Shown here one piece after another: positions 1 to 12,888 of a stretch of 64,000 nt of DNA (within the stretch, counting starts at the first letter, position 1; the number at the start of each line of letters is the position of its first letter). The position numbers and the translations under genes are program-made. This DNA is from Albugo candida (taxonomy: Eukaryota). The notes under the pieces are model-generated. The model had not been told where the DNA came from and did no database searches. It saw only the letters and a program-made list of their open reading frames with translations. Where the stretch lies: positions 558,001-622,000 of the forward strand of contig JBDOQK010000009.1 in assembly GCA_040437565.1 (NCBI GenBank), given 5' to 3'.

Positions 1-425
1 TTCTTTCTCAGTGTACTTTTCCTTCTCCACAATCCGATCGAATAATTCACCTCCGCTCATTTCTTCCATCACTACATAGAAAGTCTTTTGACAGTCGAAA
101 ACTTGGCGAAGTCGAACGATATTTGGATGCTGTAAGAGCTCGAGGACTTGGACTTCCACACGAAGAGCGTCTTCATCCTCAGCAGTCAAAGACGATTTGT
201 TGATGCATTTCACAGCCCAAACGGTGTTGTCCGCTTTTTGTATGGCGCTTCGTACAGTGGCAAAGCTTCCTCTGGGTACCACATGGAAAAATGGAAATGT
301 GTGAGGATGAGAAGTAATGAGATTAGGAGGTACACGTACGTGCCCAGTGTTCGACCGAGCTTGTAATACTTGGTGCATTCGTCTTTGCGGTAGAAATCAG
401 TCACTCGGCGGATCAAAGTCGTCAT
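1..425 (-). CDS. Ca2+/calmodulin-dependent (CaMK1-like) Ser/Thr kinase, 5' part; runs off the window edge
   Basis: ATG at 425, MTTLIRRVTDFYRKDECTKYYKLGRTLGT, then a GT-AG intron (~272-339), then GSFATVRSAIQKADNTVWAVKCINKSSLTAEDEDALRVEVQVLELLQHPNIVRLRQVFDCQKTFYVVMEEMSGGELFDRIVEKEKYTEKE. Contains the Gly-loop, AVK lysine, HPNIV and the GGELFDRIV CaMK signature. Confidence 0.93.
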
Positions 426-501
426 AAGGCCCAGAGGTCTTGCCAACTATAAATGGATGGGTTGCTCAAGGGACACGATGTAAAAGGACGTTTTCTATTT
501 A

Positions 502-1821
502 TTAATACGGACGACACGCTTGTCGAGCCGTTCGGATGCGCGATTGGGATGGGAGCTTTCCAGTAGGCGAAAGATCGGCACATTCCATAGGCTTTAGGAG
601 AGGGACCCAAGCACTTAATCGAGCGTCTTCGCCGCCAGTGTATAAGACCTGACGCTCTGGTGAGTACGTTAGACAGCGGATGCATTCGGTGTGGCCTCCA
701 ATGAGTCGAGATACGGGCTCGAGCGTAATTCCGTGCAGCGTCGAGCGCAGTTGGATGGCATTGAGATTTCCAGTATGATCGCCGGTGAAAAGTGTCATTA
801 GTGCGTCTGGAGATGCTGATAACTCGTTGGAAGCGATACCGTCGATCAGGTAATCGGTGGGAATTCCCTGTGTGGTGAGATTGTCTCGAATAGAGTCGAA
901 ATGCTGTAATCGTTGCGCATGATCGATATTCCATAAGTCCAGGGTCTCGGAACCTGTGAGACAGAATATATTCTCATATTTTGTACCGAAGAAACCAAAC
1001 GTGGTCACAGCGCTTTCCACATTTATAATCGATTCCAGCGCGTCTTCTTCGGCGGATTGACGAGTATCATAGTAACATACTGTTCCATCTTCCGAAGCGG
1101 ACACTATAAAGTTTTGTTTTTGTGGGTGGAAGCGGACTTTAGTGATGCTTTCCGAATGGCTTTCACCATAAGAGGCAACCTTTATCACATAATACATTAC
1201 GTTACTTTATATCGTATTGATTCATAAAAATGTACCTGATGTCCCGTTCGGAGGTCAAAAAACCGCGCTTCGTCATCGGTCCCAGCCAACAGCATTGTGT
1301 TTTGTGCGTTCAAGGATACGCTCCATACGCAGCTCTGACAATGAATGCTCAATACAGGCTTTGTACACGCCTTCCTAATGTCCCAAATGTGCGTGTATTC
1401 ATCGCTGGAGCATGTTGCAAGCGTGGAATCGGAGCAAGGAGCGATCTCATTGATTCTCTCGGAATGCGCTTGAAACTGTGTATATCAATACGTGGAGGTT
1501 ATTAAATACTACAGAACATCACCGCGACGATGCTTTACATGAAAATGATGACCTAACGACTCTTTATCCCGGATTTGTATCTGATGATTGGATATGGCAA
1601 TGGCGATCGAGTTACACGCTCCATCCAACTCCTTGCTATAGCGAAAAGGGTGTGGTTGCTGCTACAAAGACTGGATGTAGAGGCTCGTACCAGGCTACTA
1701 CATATTCTGAGTCGCTTACTCCATTCTCACAGACCTTTGGAAATGGAAGGCTTTTCCCTTCGTCTGTTGCTATTGAATGACGCAAATTCCAGTGCTCTGA
1801 AACTGATGGCGCCGAGTGCAT
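502..1821 (-). CDS. WD40-repeat protein, WDR89-like (4 exons)
   Basis: Manual splicing from ATG 1821 gives ...SEYVVAC|KELDGACNSIAIAISNHQIQIRDKESL...|FQAHSERINEI...TCSSDEYTHIWDIR...ARFFDLRTGHQ|VASYGESHSESITKVRFHP...SASEDGTVCYYDT...GGHTECIRC...LYTGGEDARLSAW. Several WD repeats; the YxESHSxxITxVRFHP segment resembles WDR89. Confidence 0.85.
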
Positions 1822-4800
1822 CCTGGATTCAGTCGATGTACATAAGTCTAGGATTTATTCATTGTTAGGGTTATAAGAATGGACTTTTCGATCAAATCTT
1901 TGTCTAAGAGCTCAAATATCGATTCTATGTCGAACATGACGGCCAGCATCAAAAGAGATGGTGATAGCAACAATGCATCGAGATATATCCTCAAAGTCCT
2001 TCATGCTACCATCGCTCTTTTACATTGAGAATTTATATGTAAGGGCGAGGCAATCCGCGCTGACAGTTGAGTTACCTGCAATATCTTATACTTTAGTTGA
2101 AGGTGTCTATATTTTTCTAGAATCAGACTAACTGACTTCTCTAGTTGCCTAGGCTATAACATATATACATCTAAACAGAGTTTCTTGAAAATACCTGTGA
2201 GCGATGATACAATGTCTTCTCGTTGATAGTTCTGTATTGCGGTAGCCTGAAAACCAGCAGAATACGAACCTGTGTCCAGCGTGTAACTGATAGAAGAGTC
2301 TACAAGTACTGTGTTTATAAGTGGGTGTGCGCCACACTACGGTGAACGTAACCATCCAACCTGGAATAGGATCCAAGTTGCACTTGCATTTCGACTTGAC
2401 GTACCCGCAGGAATGATCTCCGACTTGTGGAATATTCACCGAATGATCCTTGCGTTGCGAGTTGATCCAGCGCTTTAGCAAGCCGAATACGTTCATCTTA
2501 ATCGTAGCACTGTCTTCGAAAGTACCGAACGTGCGCACTAAACGTGGTGTAGATCACAAAACAGCGCTAAAACTGTCGGAGTTGCTAATCGCTGATGGAA
2601 CATACGACGATTTCGATCGGTGCAGACGAAGTGCAGCGTCACCGTTTTTAATGCAAGCTATAAATCTGATATAATCTGCTGATATTCTTTCCAGTCCGAC
2701 CGTAGTATCTTATACAAATCGGATGGAATGTATGACATTTGTATCAAGGTGGAAAGTGCTTTCTGATGAATGAAACATTCTGACCGAATGGCGAATACAT
2801 TGCTCATTCCATACCCTAGGGAGAGTAAGAGCTTATCGTGAGCTCGAAATAAGTATCTCTATGCTGTGTGCAACAATAAGACGCAAGCGAAAGGTAGAGT
2901 CCAGTAATACGGGCTCGATGCCGCCGCGGAAATGCTTATAATAATTATATGATGTGTGTGCTCGCTCGTGAACCGGCACTTATAGGAAGAGAGAAAACAT
3001 TCTCAATAGAAAAAATCGTTAAGATGAGACCGATTCGCAAGAAGCCTCCATTTTGACGGGAAGTGCGTGGTAGAGGAAGACAATGCGTGAATACGGTTAC
3101 AAAATGAGTATCGACTCCGGTTACGCGATTCCAACTGTCAGCACTTTACAGCACGAGACGCGCTGTTTCCATCGTATCCCAGCCAGCCATCATGTAAAAG
3201 GAGTTTAGTGCACGCTTGCGTGACAACCAATCGTTACGAAAACAACCTGGGAAATTTGCTATAGGTTTTCATGATTGACCTTGCTTAATGGATAGACTTG
3301 TTCATTTCATGCGATAGAATCATCAGGCCGAATGTAAAACCTACTTTTGCCTTTGGTTTTGAATATAAGAGTGTAGTTTATGCCCTATTACAAGTCAAAT
3401 TATAGCACAGAAAAAGAGAGCTACAGATGTTTGCAACAAAGCCAGAAGGACATGTTGAGTCAAAATCATCACTTTCATTTTTGTAGTGTTTTTCCAAATG
3501 CACAAAATGCTGCCGCCGCTTTCCAGATGTAAATGCAAAGTCGTAATGATTGCAATTACAGATCATGAACGTCCCGTTAGATAGAATCAAAATGGCTCTA
3601 GTTGTTACTGTAATCACAGCTCGCTCACTAGCGACATTAATAAATGATCAGACGTTCTCCGCAGACCGCAGGCTAATGGCGAGTTGACCAATAAANNNNN
3701 NNNNNNNNNNNNNNNNNNNNNNNNNNNNNNNNNNNNNNNNNNNNNNNNNNNNNNNNNNNNNNNNNNNNNNNNNNNNNNNNNNNNNNNNNNNNNNNCCGCT
3801 TTCCAGATGTAAATGCAAAGTCGTAATGATTGCAATTACAGATCATGAACGTCCCGTTAGATAGAATCAAAATGGCTCTAGTTGTTACTGTAATCACAGC
3901 TCGCTCACTAGCGACATTAATAAATGATCAGACGTTCTCCGCAGACCGCAGGCTAATGGCGAGTTGACCAATAAAAGAATTTATTATTACCCTCTTGGAC
4001 CGATCTTGCTACATAGACACAAATCAGCTCACATCATTGTTGTATCAATTCCGCAGCATGATTTTTGTATCCGCCATCGTGGACCAAAACACTTTCTTGT
4101 CGTTAAGTCGACTAACAAAATTAGGTAAGAATTCATAAACCCACCTTACATTATCGATCGCGGAAATACTCTTGATTCGACAATTCGAGTGGCAGTCCTT
4201 ATTTCGTTAATCCGGAGCTCATTAGGTATAAAATGAGACCTTATTTCGTGCTTTTTGCAAATCAGATCTTGCTCATCACTTTGATGGTATGAGAATATGT
4301 CTTGTCTACAGCACCTCTCATTCGTATGTACTGTCCTCACTAATGTGCGATCAACCCTCCTTCATTACCCCTTCCTTGATCTTAATACCTCGGGAGTGTT
4401 GTTCCTCATGAATATATTGGCATTCTTCACCGCAATTCTTTTCTTGTCTCTCTTCTTTCTATGACTAATCTACGAGAGCATTCGTCACACGTTTGTTACA
4501 AACTACAAATTTACCTTTTTCCACTTTTAGTTCCGTACGGCACTTTTAGTAAAGCTTCACTCCTTCTCACGCATCTGTCCAGACTGTCTTCGCCAATGAT
4601 TTGGTCGAAATAGCACTTTCGGTATTTTCTTGCTGACCTCGCAAATAGGTGTCTATCTGCCAAGACAAGCCTTTTTCAGTACGCAGCAGGCACATAAAAC
4701 TACACTTGTGTAGTGCTTTCCGTGAGGAGTCTCAGGGCACTGTAACAGAGGCGCAAAAGGTCGACTATTGTTAAGCAATTAGAAGCGGGCATTGGAAGTA

Positions 4801-7152
4801 TAAGCTATGGATAATGTGCTTTCGTTTTGAAGACATATTAGCAGCTAGCCCTGGCTAAGGATGTTTTTTGCCATGTGCATCCAATGATAATGTGCTGTGA
4901 AGTGTAAACGAATTTAAGTCATGTTAGATTACCATATTTTGGTTCACTTTATGTAAATAAACAACTTGCTAGCACGGTAGGTGGCAGCAATTCCTGTGAT
5001 ATGACATTGAACTCTCATCTTATAACCCAACCTTAAGTCATAATCACTGCCTATTTTAGAAAAGAAACACGAGCTTCAATGAGGGAGCAAGATAGGCATG
5101 CGTCGGTGATCAGACAAAGGTTTACGCTTCCGATCACGTACAAAGAGATACGAGTAGATTGGGAAGATAATTTACACAAGCACAAATTCTAAATGGGCTG
5201 CCTGAAGGCTGACTGGATATTTGACAGACTTGGCCAAAAAATCATGCGAATCGAAAACATTTTTGTTTATGTAAGTATTGAGCTCCAAATGTCCAATTCG
5301 ACAATCTACAGAGGTCTTTGTGCTTGCTTAAATGTTCAAGGTGAAGTCTTTTTGTATTCAATGCACTTCGTTCAGTCTACTATAAAGTAAATGTACTACG
5401 TAACATAACTTCCATGCCTTCCCTCTTATGTATGTGCAGTGATTTTTTTGAGAATCGGTGCAGTATTCAACCAGAACAAAATATCCGAGTAGCTTTTCTT
5501 GGTGTCGCCAGAATTTTGATGGCTTGATCGTGAAATGAGCACACGTGGATCATAATGTATGGATCGCGAGTACAATATTTGTTTCACCGGTACAAAAAAA
5601 AGTGCCAATAGTTGCTGTTCTCAAGGGCCTTGTGGTCGGGGATTGCGCCGATTTACCTATTCGCCGACAGGGCCGGATAAACAAAAGGATTAGAAAGTCA
5701 TTGTCCGAAGCGCATCGCTTTTGCAGGAACGTACCTCACAGTACAATAGAAAGTGGTGAAATGCCCAAGTGGTTTACACAGTCTTGGAAATAATAGGGAG
5801 GAAACACGCTGCTGTCTACTTCTTTGTCGCATAAAAATCTGTCGATGGGTTTGAAGCCACTCGATTCAGCCAAATTGAGTATAACCACAAAGCGGAGAAT
5901 GTAATTAATATGCGGTTTGTAATCAAATCCACGAGATTTGCTCATCATCGCACTCGCTGCACTTGATTATATGATGCATGTGAGCTTTCTTAAAATTTGT
6001 CTTATTCATTTGTGTAATACTTGATAAGTAATTTCACGCTCTTATTTCATCCTCAAGGCTTGCACATATGGATGCGTTTTTCAAGACGGGAGAAAACCAG
6101 ACATTGTTGTCGACAAGAACGATCATCCTTCTTTGAATACAATGTGAGACAACCCTTAGTACGCACTGAAGATATTTTATCTTATGACACTGTCACTTGG
6201 TATTTATTGTATTTACGGAGAAGCACAAGATGCATTTGGGCCGCTAAGCAACAATAGAGCAGAATTTGAGGCGAGAAACTTCAAAAGATTTACCAGACAT
6301 ATTGATAATATGTAATCCACAGAAAAATGACTTAAATAGTTTGTGGAAAGATTGGCGTTCTCGCCACAAACGCCATTTTAAGTTATATCTTCATTCGATC
6401 AGTATAGTCTCTTTGCGTAGCGCGAAAATAGCGAATCAACAAATACGAAAGCACATATGTAAGCACTAGTTTCACTTTCTGACGCATGCGGAAAAAGATG
6501 GTGGCATAGTAGTTCGTTAGCTCATATGAAGCAGGAATTTGGATCATTGGAAAGGGTGAATGTTTTTAATAATGAGTAAATACCGGATAGCTCCGTCAGT
6601 GAGCGTCGCCTGAGACAAAGTTGGTTTTTATAGCCCCACTCGTCTAGCGACACATAAATACAAGCATTCAATTTGTAGATAATATTGGCAACTTTATCAA
6701 TGACTATTGTTTTGTCAATCTTTCGCATCACTTATCGCCTTTTCTTGTCTCGATAAATATCCCTAAATTAAGGCATTGTACCATAATTAATTTTGAGCAG
6801 CTATACTCTCCATGTCATCCTATAATCATAAAAAAACATCGATTATACACTCGTGAACGCTACAAGATCCATACGGCTGCTTGGACGAAGTCTGAAGTCA
6901 TTGATCAAAAACCTAATCGACCCGTTTTCCAAGTAGCAATTGTTCGATTGAATGTCGTCTATATACTGTCAAGTCACAAGATTCTTTGCATATGCGCCGT
7001 ACTTCAACCACAATATCTCTATCCCAAGAACGTTTAGAGGGCTCTAAAAAGCACCAAGAGGATTTTTATATCTGAGCGAACGGAAACATGCACATCAATG
7101 TATAGTCACACCTTTTTTGACCAATCGCAATCTTAAATCTCCTGAGCCAATA

Positions 7153-10100
7153 ATGCACTTCCAGCCGGCTTTCCAGCAAGGCCTGCTAAAGCACATTCAC
7201 GATGAGCTTTTTGCCTACCTGCTATTGTTTTTTTCGTCCTCTGATTTACAGACACTATCGCAGGTCAATTCGGGTAATTCTATTTCTCTCATACGCGCCA
7301 AATTCGTCTGATTTGTCGTATTAGTATTTTACACTTTCACCCGAGAAGAACCCATGTGGATGCTGCACTGCTTAACTCAACATGGTGGGAATTTTTCCTA
7401 CCAAAATAGCTGGAGATTGACTACCATGAGACCTCGTTCTCGCTGCAATAAAAGCCTCTTATTATCGCGCTTAACATTTACTTCGTTTGAGTCGGCTTTT
7501 CTGACAAGTCGATGGTATCGGTGTCATATGAGTCTGCACAATTTGAACTTGGACTGGGTCAAGCCTGCACGTGACACCGTCCCCGTTGTCGACATTGAAA
7601 CATTAAGCGATCCAGTATCTTTCTACCAGTAAGGTCTCTACTTACAAGTAAAATCGCAATGAATCCCACCCTTTTTTTAGAGACTATGCCGACGCGCCAT
7701 TTATACTACAAAATGCTACAAAAACATGGAAAGCGACAACGGATGTAAGCCAACAAAGCGATTTTGCACCAAATTCAATCTTTTGTGATAGTGGACACCT
7801 GAAAAGCTAATCGAGCGATTCGATGGAGCAGATGCAGATCCTTGTTCGGCACGGCTTCGAGTTACCCACAATTTGGATCTTCCCGGCACCAAATCCTCGC
7901 GTATGCAAATGACATTCACTGACTATTTCACGTACGCTAATCAACAAAAGGACGAGACACCGCTTTACATTTTCGACTCGGACTTTGGCGACAAAATACC
8001 GACTTTATTGGACGATTATCAAATTGAAACACTTGGAGTATTCGAAGAAGACTATCTGACTTTGGCTGCAAAAGTTTATGAAAAAAAGCGGGAGAAAGCC
8101 AAAATGAGAAATAAGCATGTCAGTCCGCCTAAACGACCCGATTTTCGCTGGATGGTCATTGGTCCGGAGCGTTCAGGGGCTCCGTGGCATACGGATCCAG
8201 GACAGACTTCTGCGTGGAATGCGTTGATCAAAGGGAGGAAACGATGGGCGATCTACCCACCTGACCATCCACCACCCGGAATCAGCTTTGCTCAGCGGAA
8301 TTGTCCCAATAGAAAGAATGCTTCGGCTGCGTATGACAACGCACTTAATATGACGTCGCTCGCGTGGTACTTGCACGTTTACCCGACGTTGAAGTCGCAT
8401 GAGAAGCCTTACGAAGTCATACAAGAGCCCGGGGAGACAATTTACATTCCTAACGGCTGGTGGCATCTCGTACTGAATTTAGAGCTTACAATCGCTGTGA
8501 CGCAAAACTTTGTGGATTCGCATAATTTGATGGCGTTCCTTGAAGACTCACAAGCAAGTGGGACTCTAGACACGAGGAACAAAGGCCATCTGCTTTATGA
8601 ATTTCGTTCATTATGCTCAAAATTTCGACCTGAGGCGGATGAGGCGTTTCGACTTTTGGACATGCCGCGAACGTATGGCTTTAGCACTTCCGAAGCACAA
8701 ATAAACAGCTTTTCCAGCGTGAGTCATTGGAAACACGCGGTACGAAGTGTTTTTAAGCGACATTTTACGCACTCGGACGTTAATGTAAAAGATTGGTGGC
8801 GTGTTTCTCAGCGCCACATTCGCTCGCTAACGTCTCGAGTGAATCCAACATTTGCCGTCAGTGAGTGTATTCTCATCAAATTCTTCAGTCATCACAACGA
8901 AGAATGGAGTGAAGTCGATATCAAAACATATCTCTTCCAAAAGCCGAAAGCCAAAGAGACCCAAAATGAAATCAAAGACCGCAATCTGATTCAAGTGCAC
9001 GAATTAAAGAATACAATGTCATTGCGAACCGCCTTGGAAGAAGCATTCAAGATCGAAACAGCGACGTACCACGCAATCCGACAAAATAAAAGTCTTTTGT
9101 CGATGATTCCGCACTTTTACGGCTCAGGACATCTCATGAGCTATGAAGATGTCGATGACTCGGACATTGAATGGGAAGACACAGACACGCACAAGTCTAA
9201 ACGGATGAAAAGAGGTCGCAGAGTGCTTCACGGAAGCTATTGGCGTTGGCCGTACATTGTGCTTGAATTCCAGAAAGACTATATCGGCCTCGATCGTATT
9301 TGCAAAAGTGGCGGAATGACAATCGGATGCTGGAAGTACGCAGCCAATTGGATTAGTGATGCATTTCTACCGACACTGTACGCCACCTCCATCAAAGCGT
9401 ATGATCGAGGCGTTTACGGTCATTGTAAATCGACTTGGGCGTGGTACATTCACTACCTATTGCGTCAACGGAGGCGAACATTTGCATGTAAGCTCAATAT
9501 CTCATCGCTCACTTCACTGCTGATGGATGTGTCTCAATAGTTCACATGAAAGAAAATGTAATTCCAACGCATCTTTTGAAAAAGATGGAAAAATTTCTCC
9601 CTCACGCCACATCGAAAGCCATTGTGAAGGAATTGCTCCCTTCAAACGCTTTGGAAAAATCAAACACACAATCCTTTGATCCGGTGCTTTTGCACGGTGA
9701 TCTCACTTGTGAGAACATTTTGGGGACACTGGAGACCTCACAGCCGCTCGTGACGCAATTTCAGATTGATAAGCTTCATGCAAAAACCTCGGGAGATGTA
9801 CGGGACGAATCACTGGAAATTTATAGAAATGCGGACAAGTGGGAAATCAGTAGTGCATCCAGCAACGATTCATCCGATACGGTCGACTTTGACGACGCAG
9901 AAAAAGAGCCTATTCGATTGAAAAAGCATTACGGTCGCAATGTCTGGTACCCGAAAATCGTCATTGACTTTGCTGATGCAAAGACTGGAGATCCCNNNNN
10001 NNNNNNNNNNNNNNNNNNNNNNNNNNNNNNNNNNNNNNNNNNNNNNNNNNNNNNNNNNNNNNNNNNNNNNNNNNNNNNNNNNNNNNNNNNNNNNNTGCTG

Positions 10101-10895
10101 ATGGATGTGTCTCAATAGTTCACATGAAAGAAAATGTAATTCCAACGCATCTTTTGAAAAAAATGGAAAAATTCCTCCCTCATGCCACATCGAAAGCCAT
10201 TGTGAAGGAATTGCTCCCTTCAAACGCTTTGGAAAAATCAAACACACAATGCTTTGATCCAGTGCTCTTGCACGGTGATCTCACTTGTGAGAACATTTTG
10301 GGGACACTGGAGACCTCACAGCCGCTCGTGACGCAATTTCAGATTGATAAGCTTCATGCAAAAATCTCGGGAGATGTACGGGACGAATCATTGGAAATTC
10401 ATAGAAATGCGGACAAGTGGGAAATAAGTAGTGCATCCAGCAACGATTCATCCGATACGGTCGACTTCGACGCAGAAAAAGAGCCTATTCGATTGAAAAA
10501 GCATTACGGTCGCAATGTCTGGTACCCGAAAATCGTCATTGACTTTGCTGATGCAAAGACTGGAGATCCCATGTACGACCTCATCGCCGTGTTCTTTGCT
10601 GCTTTGGTACGAATGTATGCTCCACACCGTCAAGTGCTTATTTTCTGCGTTGTAGCACGGCGACCCGGAGCTATGGAAGTCGAGTATATCGACTTCATAT
10701 TGGCAGCAATATCGCGCTAATTCAGATGAGAGTGATTCAGAGCGATCGATACGCTTTCTGAAGCTCATTCTACTCCATCCAAGCCGATCCATTCGAGCTC
10801 TTTTTCATTTTCATCCGCAATTGGAACGATTTTCAACGTGGGAAGCAATCGCCGCGCATCTTTTCGATGAGGTTTGGAGTCAAAAAGAAGAATAA
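7153..10895 (+). CDS. F-box-like + JmjC (JMJD6-type) + C-terminal APH/choline-kinase-like domain protein; multi-exon, interrupted by an assembly gap with duplicated overlap
   Basis: N-terminal IHDELFAYLLLFFSSSDLQTLSQVNS (F-box-like). JmjC core PLYIFD...RPDFRWMVIGPERSGAPWHTDP..TSAWNALIKGRKRW...QEPGETIYIPNGWWHLVLNL..TIAVTQNF with HxD...H ligands. C-terminal VLLHGDLTCENIL...IDFADAKTGDPMYDL. Introns at ~7273, 7629, 7745, 9488 and 10607; stop TAA 10893-10895. Confidence 0.9.
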
Positions 10896-10922
10896 TCACA
10901 GAGGTATATTGACGAAATGGTG

Positions 10923-12888
10923 TCAAGAAGGCTCAGCGACGACTTGTGCAAAGGTACGATACTCTTCTGCACAGAATGAGAATCGAGCAAACAGCTTCTT
11001 ATCGTCAGCACAAGTATCCAACCGACTCATTCGGTCCACTGCGAGCGTTGTAAACTCCTCAGAGAAATTGACCGTATCACAGCTACTCTGGAGATTCGGC
11101 TTGATCGGCGGCGTCAATTGTTTCCGAGCCAGCTTTTGCCAATCCACAGACCGAAAGAATGCGTGATTCTTGATCGCCTGAACGCCTTTGACTTGGAACA
11201 TATTGGATTTCCCAGAGCCCAAACGCTTGTCAACATTTCGATCTAAAAGCTGTTTGATGATGGAATGCGNNNNNNNNNNNNNNNNNNNNNNNNNNNNNNN
11301 NNNNNNNNNNNNNNNNNNNNNNNNNNNNNNNNNNNNNNNNNNNNNNNNNNNNNNNNNNNNNNNNNNNNNGGCTTGATCGGCGGCGTCAATTGTTTCCGAG
11401 CCAGCTTTTGCCAATCCACAGACCGAAAGAATGCGTGATTCTTGATCGCCTGAACGCCTTTGACTTGGAACATATTGGATTTCCCAGAGCCCAAACGCTT
11501 GTCAACATTTCGATCTAAAAGCTGTTTGATGATGGAATGCGTCTCCGATCGCAGCCATTTCGGCAGGGAGAGCTGGACGATATCAATATTAGATGGAGTG
11601 TTTGTCGTTCGGAATGCTTACTTTTTCATTGAGAATTTTCTGATGCAACTTTTTCTTATTCTTGTGGACAAATGGAGGATACCCAGTGACCATCTCATAG
11701 ATCAGCGCTCCTAGAGCCCAAAAATCAACAGCTTTATTGTACGATCTTCCTCGAATCATCTCAGGCGCCATGTATTCTACACACTTGTGAGATTTTGCTT
11801 GCAGTAATACGATCGATCTACCGTTTGTTCCACACATTGTTTTGGTCGAGTCTTCTTCCTACGATAAGAAGCGTCACAAAAAGCAAGAGTCAGAGCGCAG
11901 TGTACTTGCATTAGCCATTTCTTTCGCCAGTCCAAAATCAGTCAATCGGATGTGCCCGTCATCGTCCACCAAAACGTTTTCGGGCTTCAAATCTCTGCAG
12001 CAGATCAAAGTCAATTGTCAGTTTGATGCGAGGAAAACTCGAGAAACCTGTGAATAATCCCCTGAGAATGCAAATGCTCCAACGCGAGAACGATTTCCGC
12101 CGCGTAAAAGATCGCAGTGTCCTGGAAAAAAGCCTTTAAACCGATACAAAATACATCAATTTCGGGATGAAAACCTCGAGCAATAATCCTTGTTTCGATA
12201 AATGGTGGAATAATTCCCCGCCGGCGACAAATGGCATCACCAGGTACACACTCGACGCGGTCTGGAAAGCGTATCGAAGACTTACAAGGAATGGATGGTT
12301 AATCTTTGTCATAATGTCGCGTTCGGCCTGGAGGTATGCGACCGAATTCTTCTTTACAATGACATTATTCGACACAATCTATCGAGAAACGTTGATTTAG
12401 ACGCGTTTTGGAGCTGAATGGAGTACCTTCATAGCTAAAATCTCTCCCGTCTGTTTATGTCGTACTTGGACAACCTCCAAATACATATAAGTCTCAATTC
12501 CGTAGTAAAGTTGTAATGTACTTTGCCAAAAGCCCCGAGGCCAATGATACAAAGCATCTCGAAATCCATCGGGCCAACGCTTTTCATGTCTTTTGTAGCG
12601 TTCTGTTGCGATGTCGAGGAATCGGTATTGATGACAGCTTCCTTGATACTGTCCTCATTGCTTGCTAGCCGTGCGGTTGTGCTGGAAGGCGGATGGTCGA
12701 GAGTTAATTCTGAGGCCTCAAAGTCTTCTTGTTCGGCGTTAGTTAGAGCTCTCGTTCTTGGGGGAATTTGATTGTCTTCCACATCGATTGCGTCTTGAAA
12801 GCTCACGGAATTGGTACATTTTCTAGCTAGAGCAAAATGAGTCTCTGCAAGTTCGTAATGGACACGTACTTGCGTCTTCAATGGTCAT
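10923..12888 (-). CDS. AGC kinase, ribosomal protein S6 kinase-like (multi-exon)
   Basis: [20 protein letters not shown]..., [74 protein letters not shown], and an AGC tail [12 protein letters not shown]...PPIKP...NFSEEFT...FARFSF (hydrophobic motif). The start may be ATG 12888 or the in-frame ATG at 12963. Confidence 0.92.
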
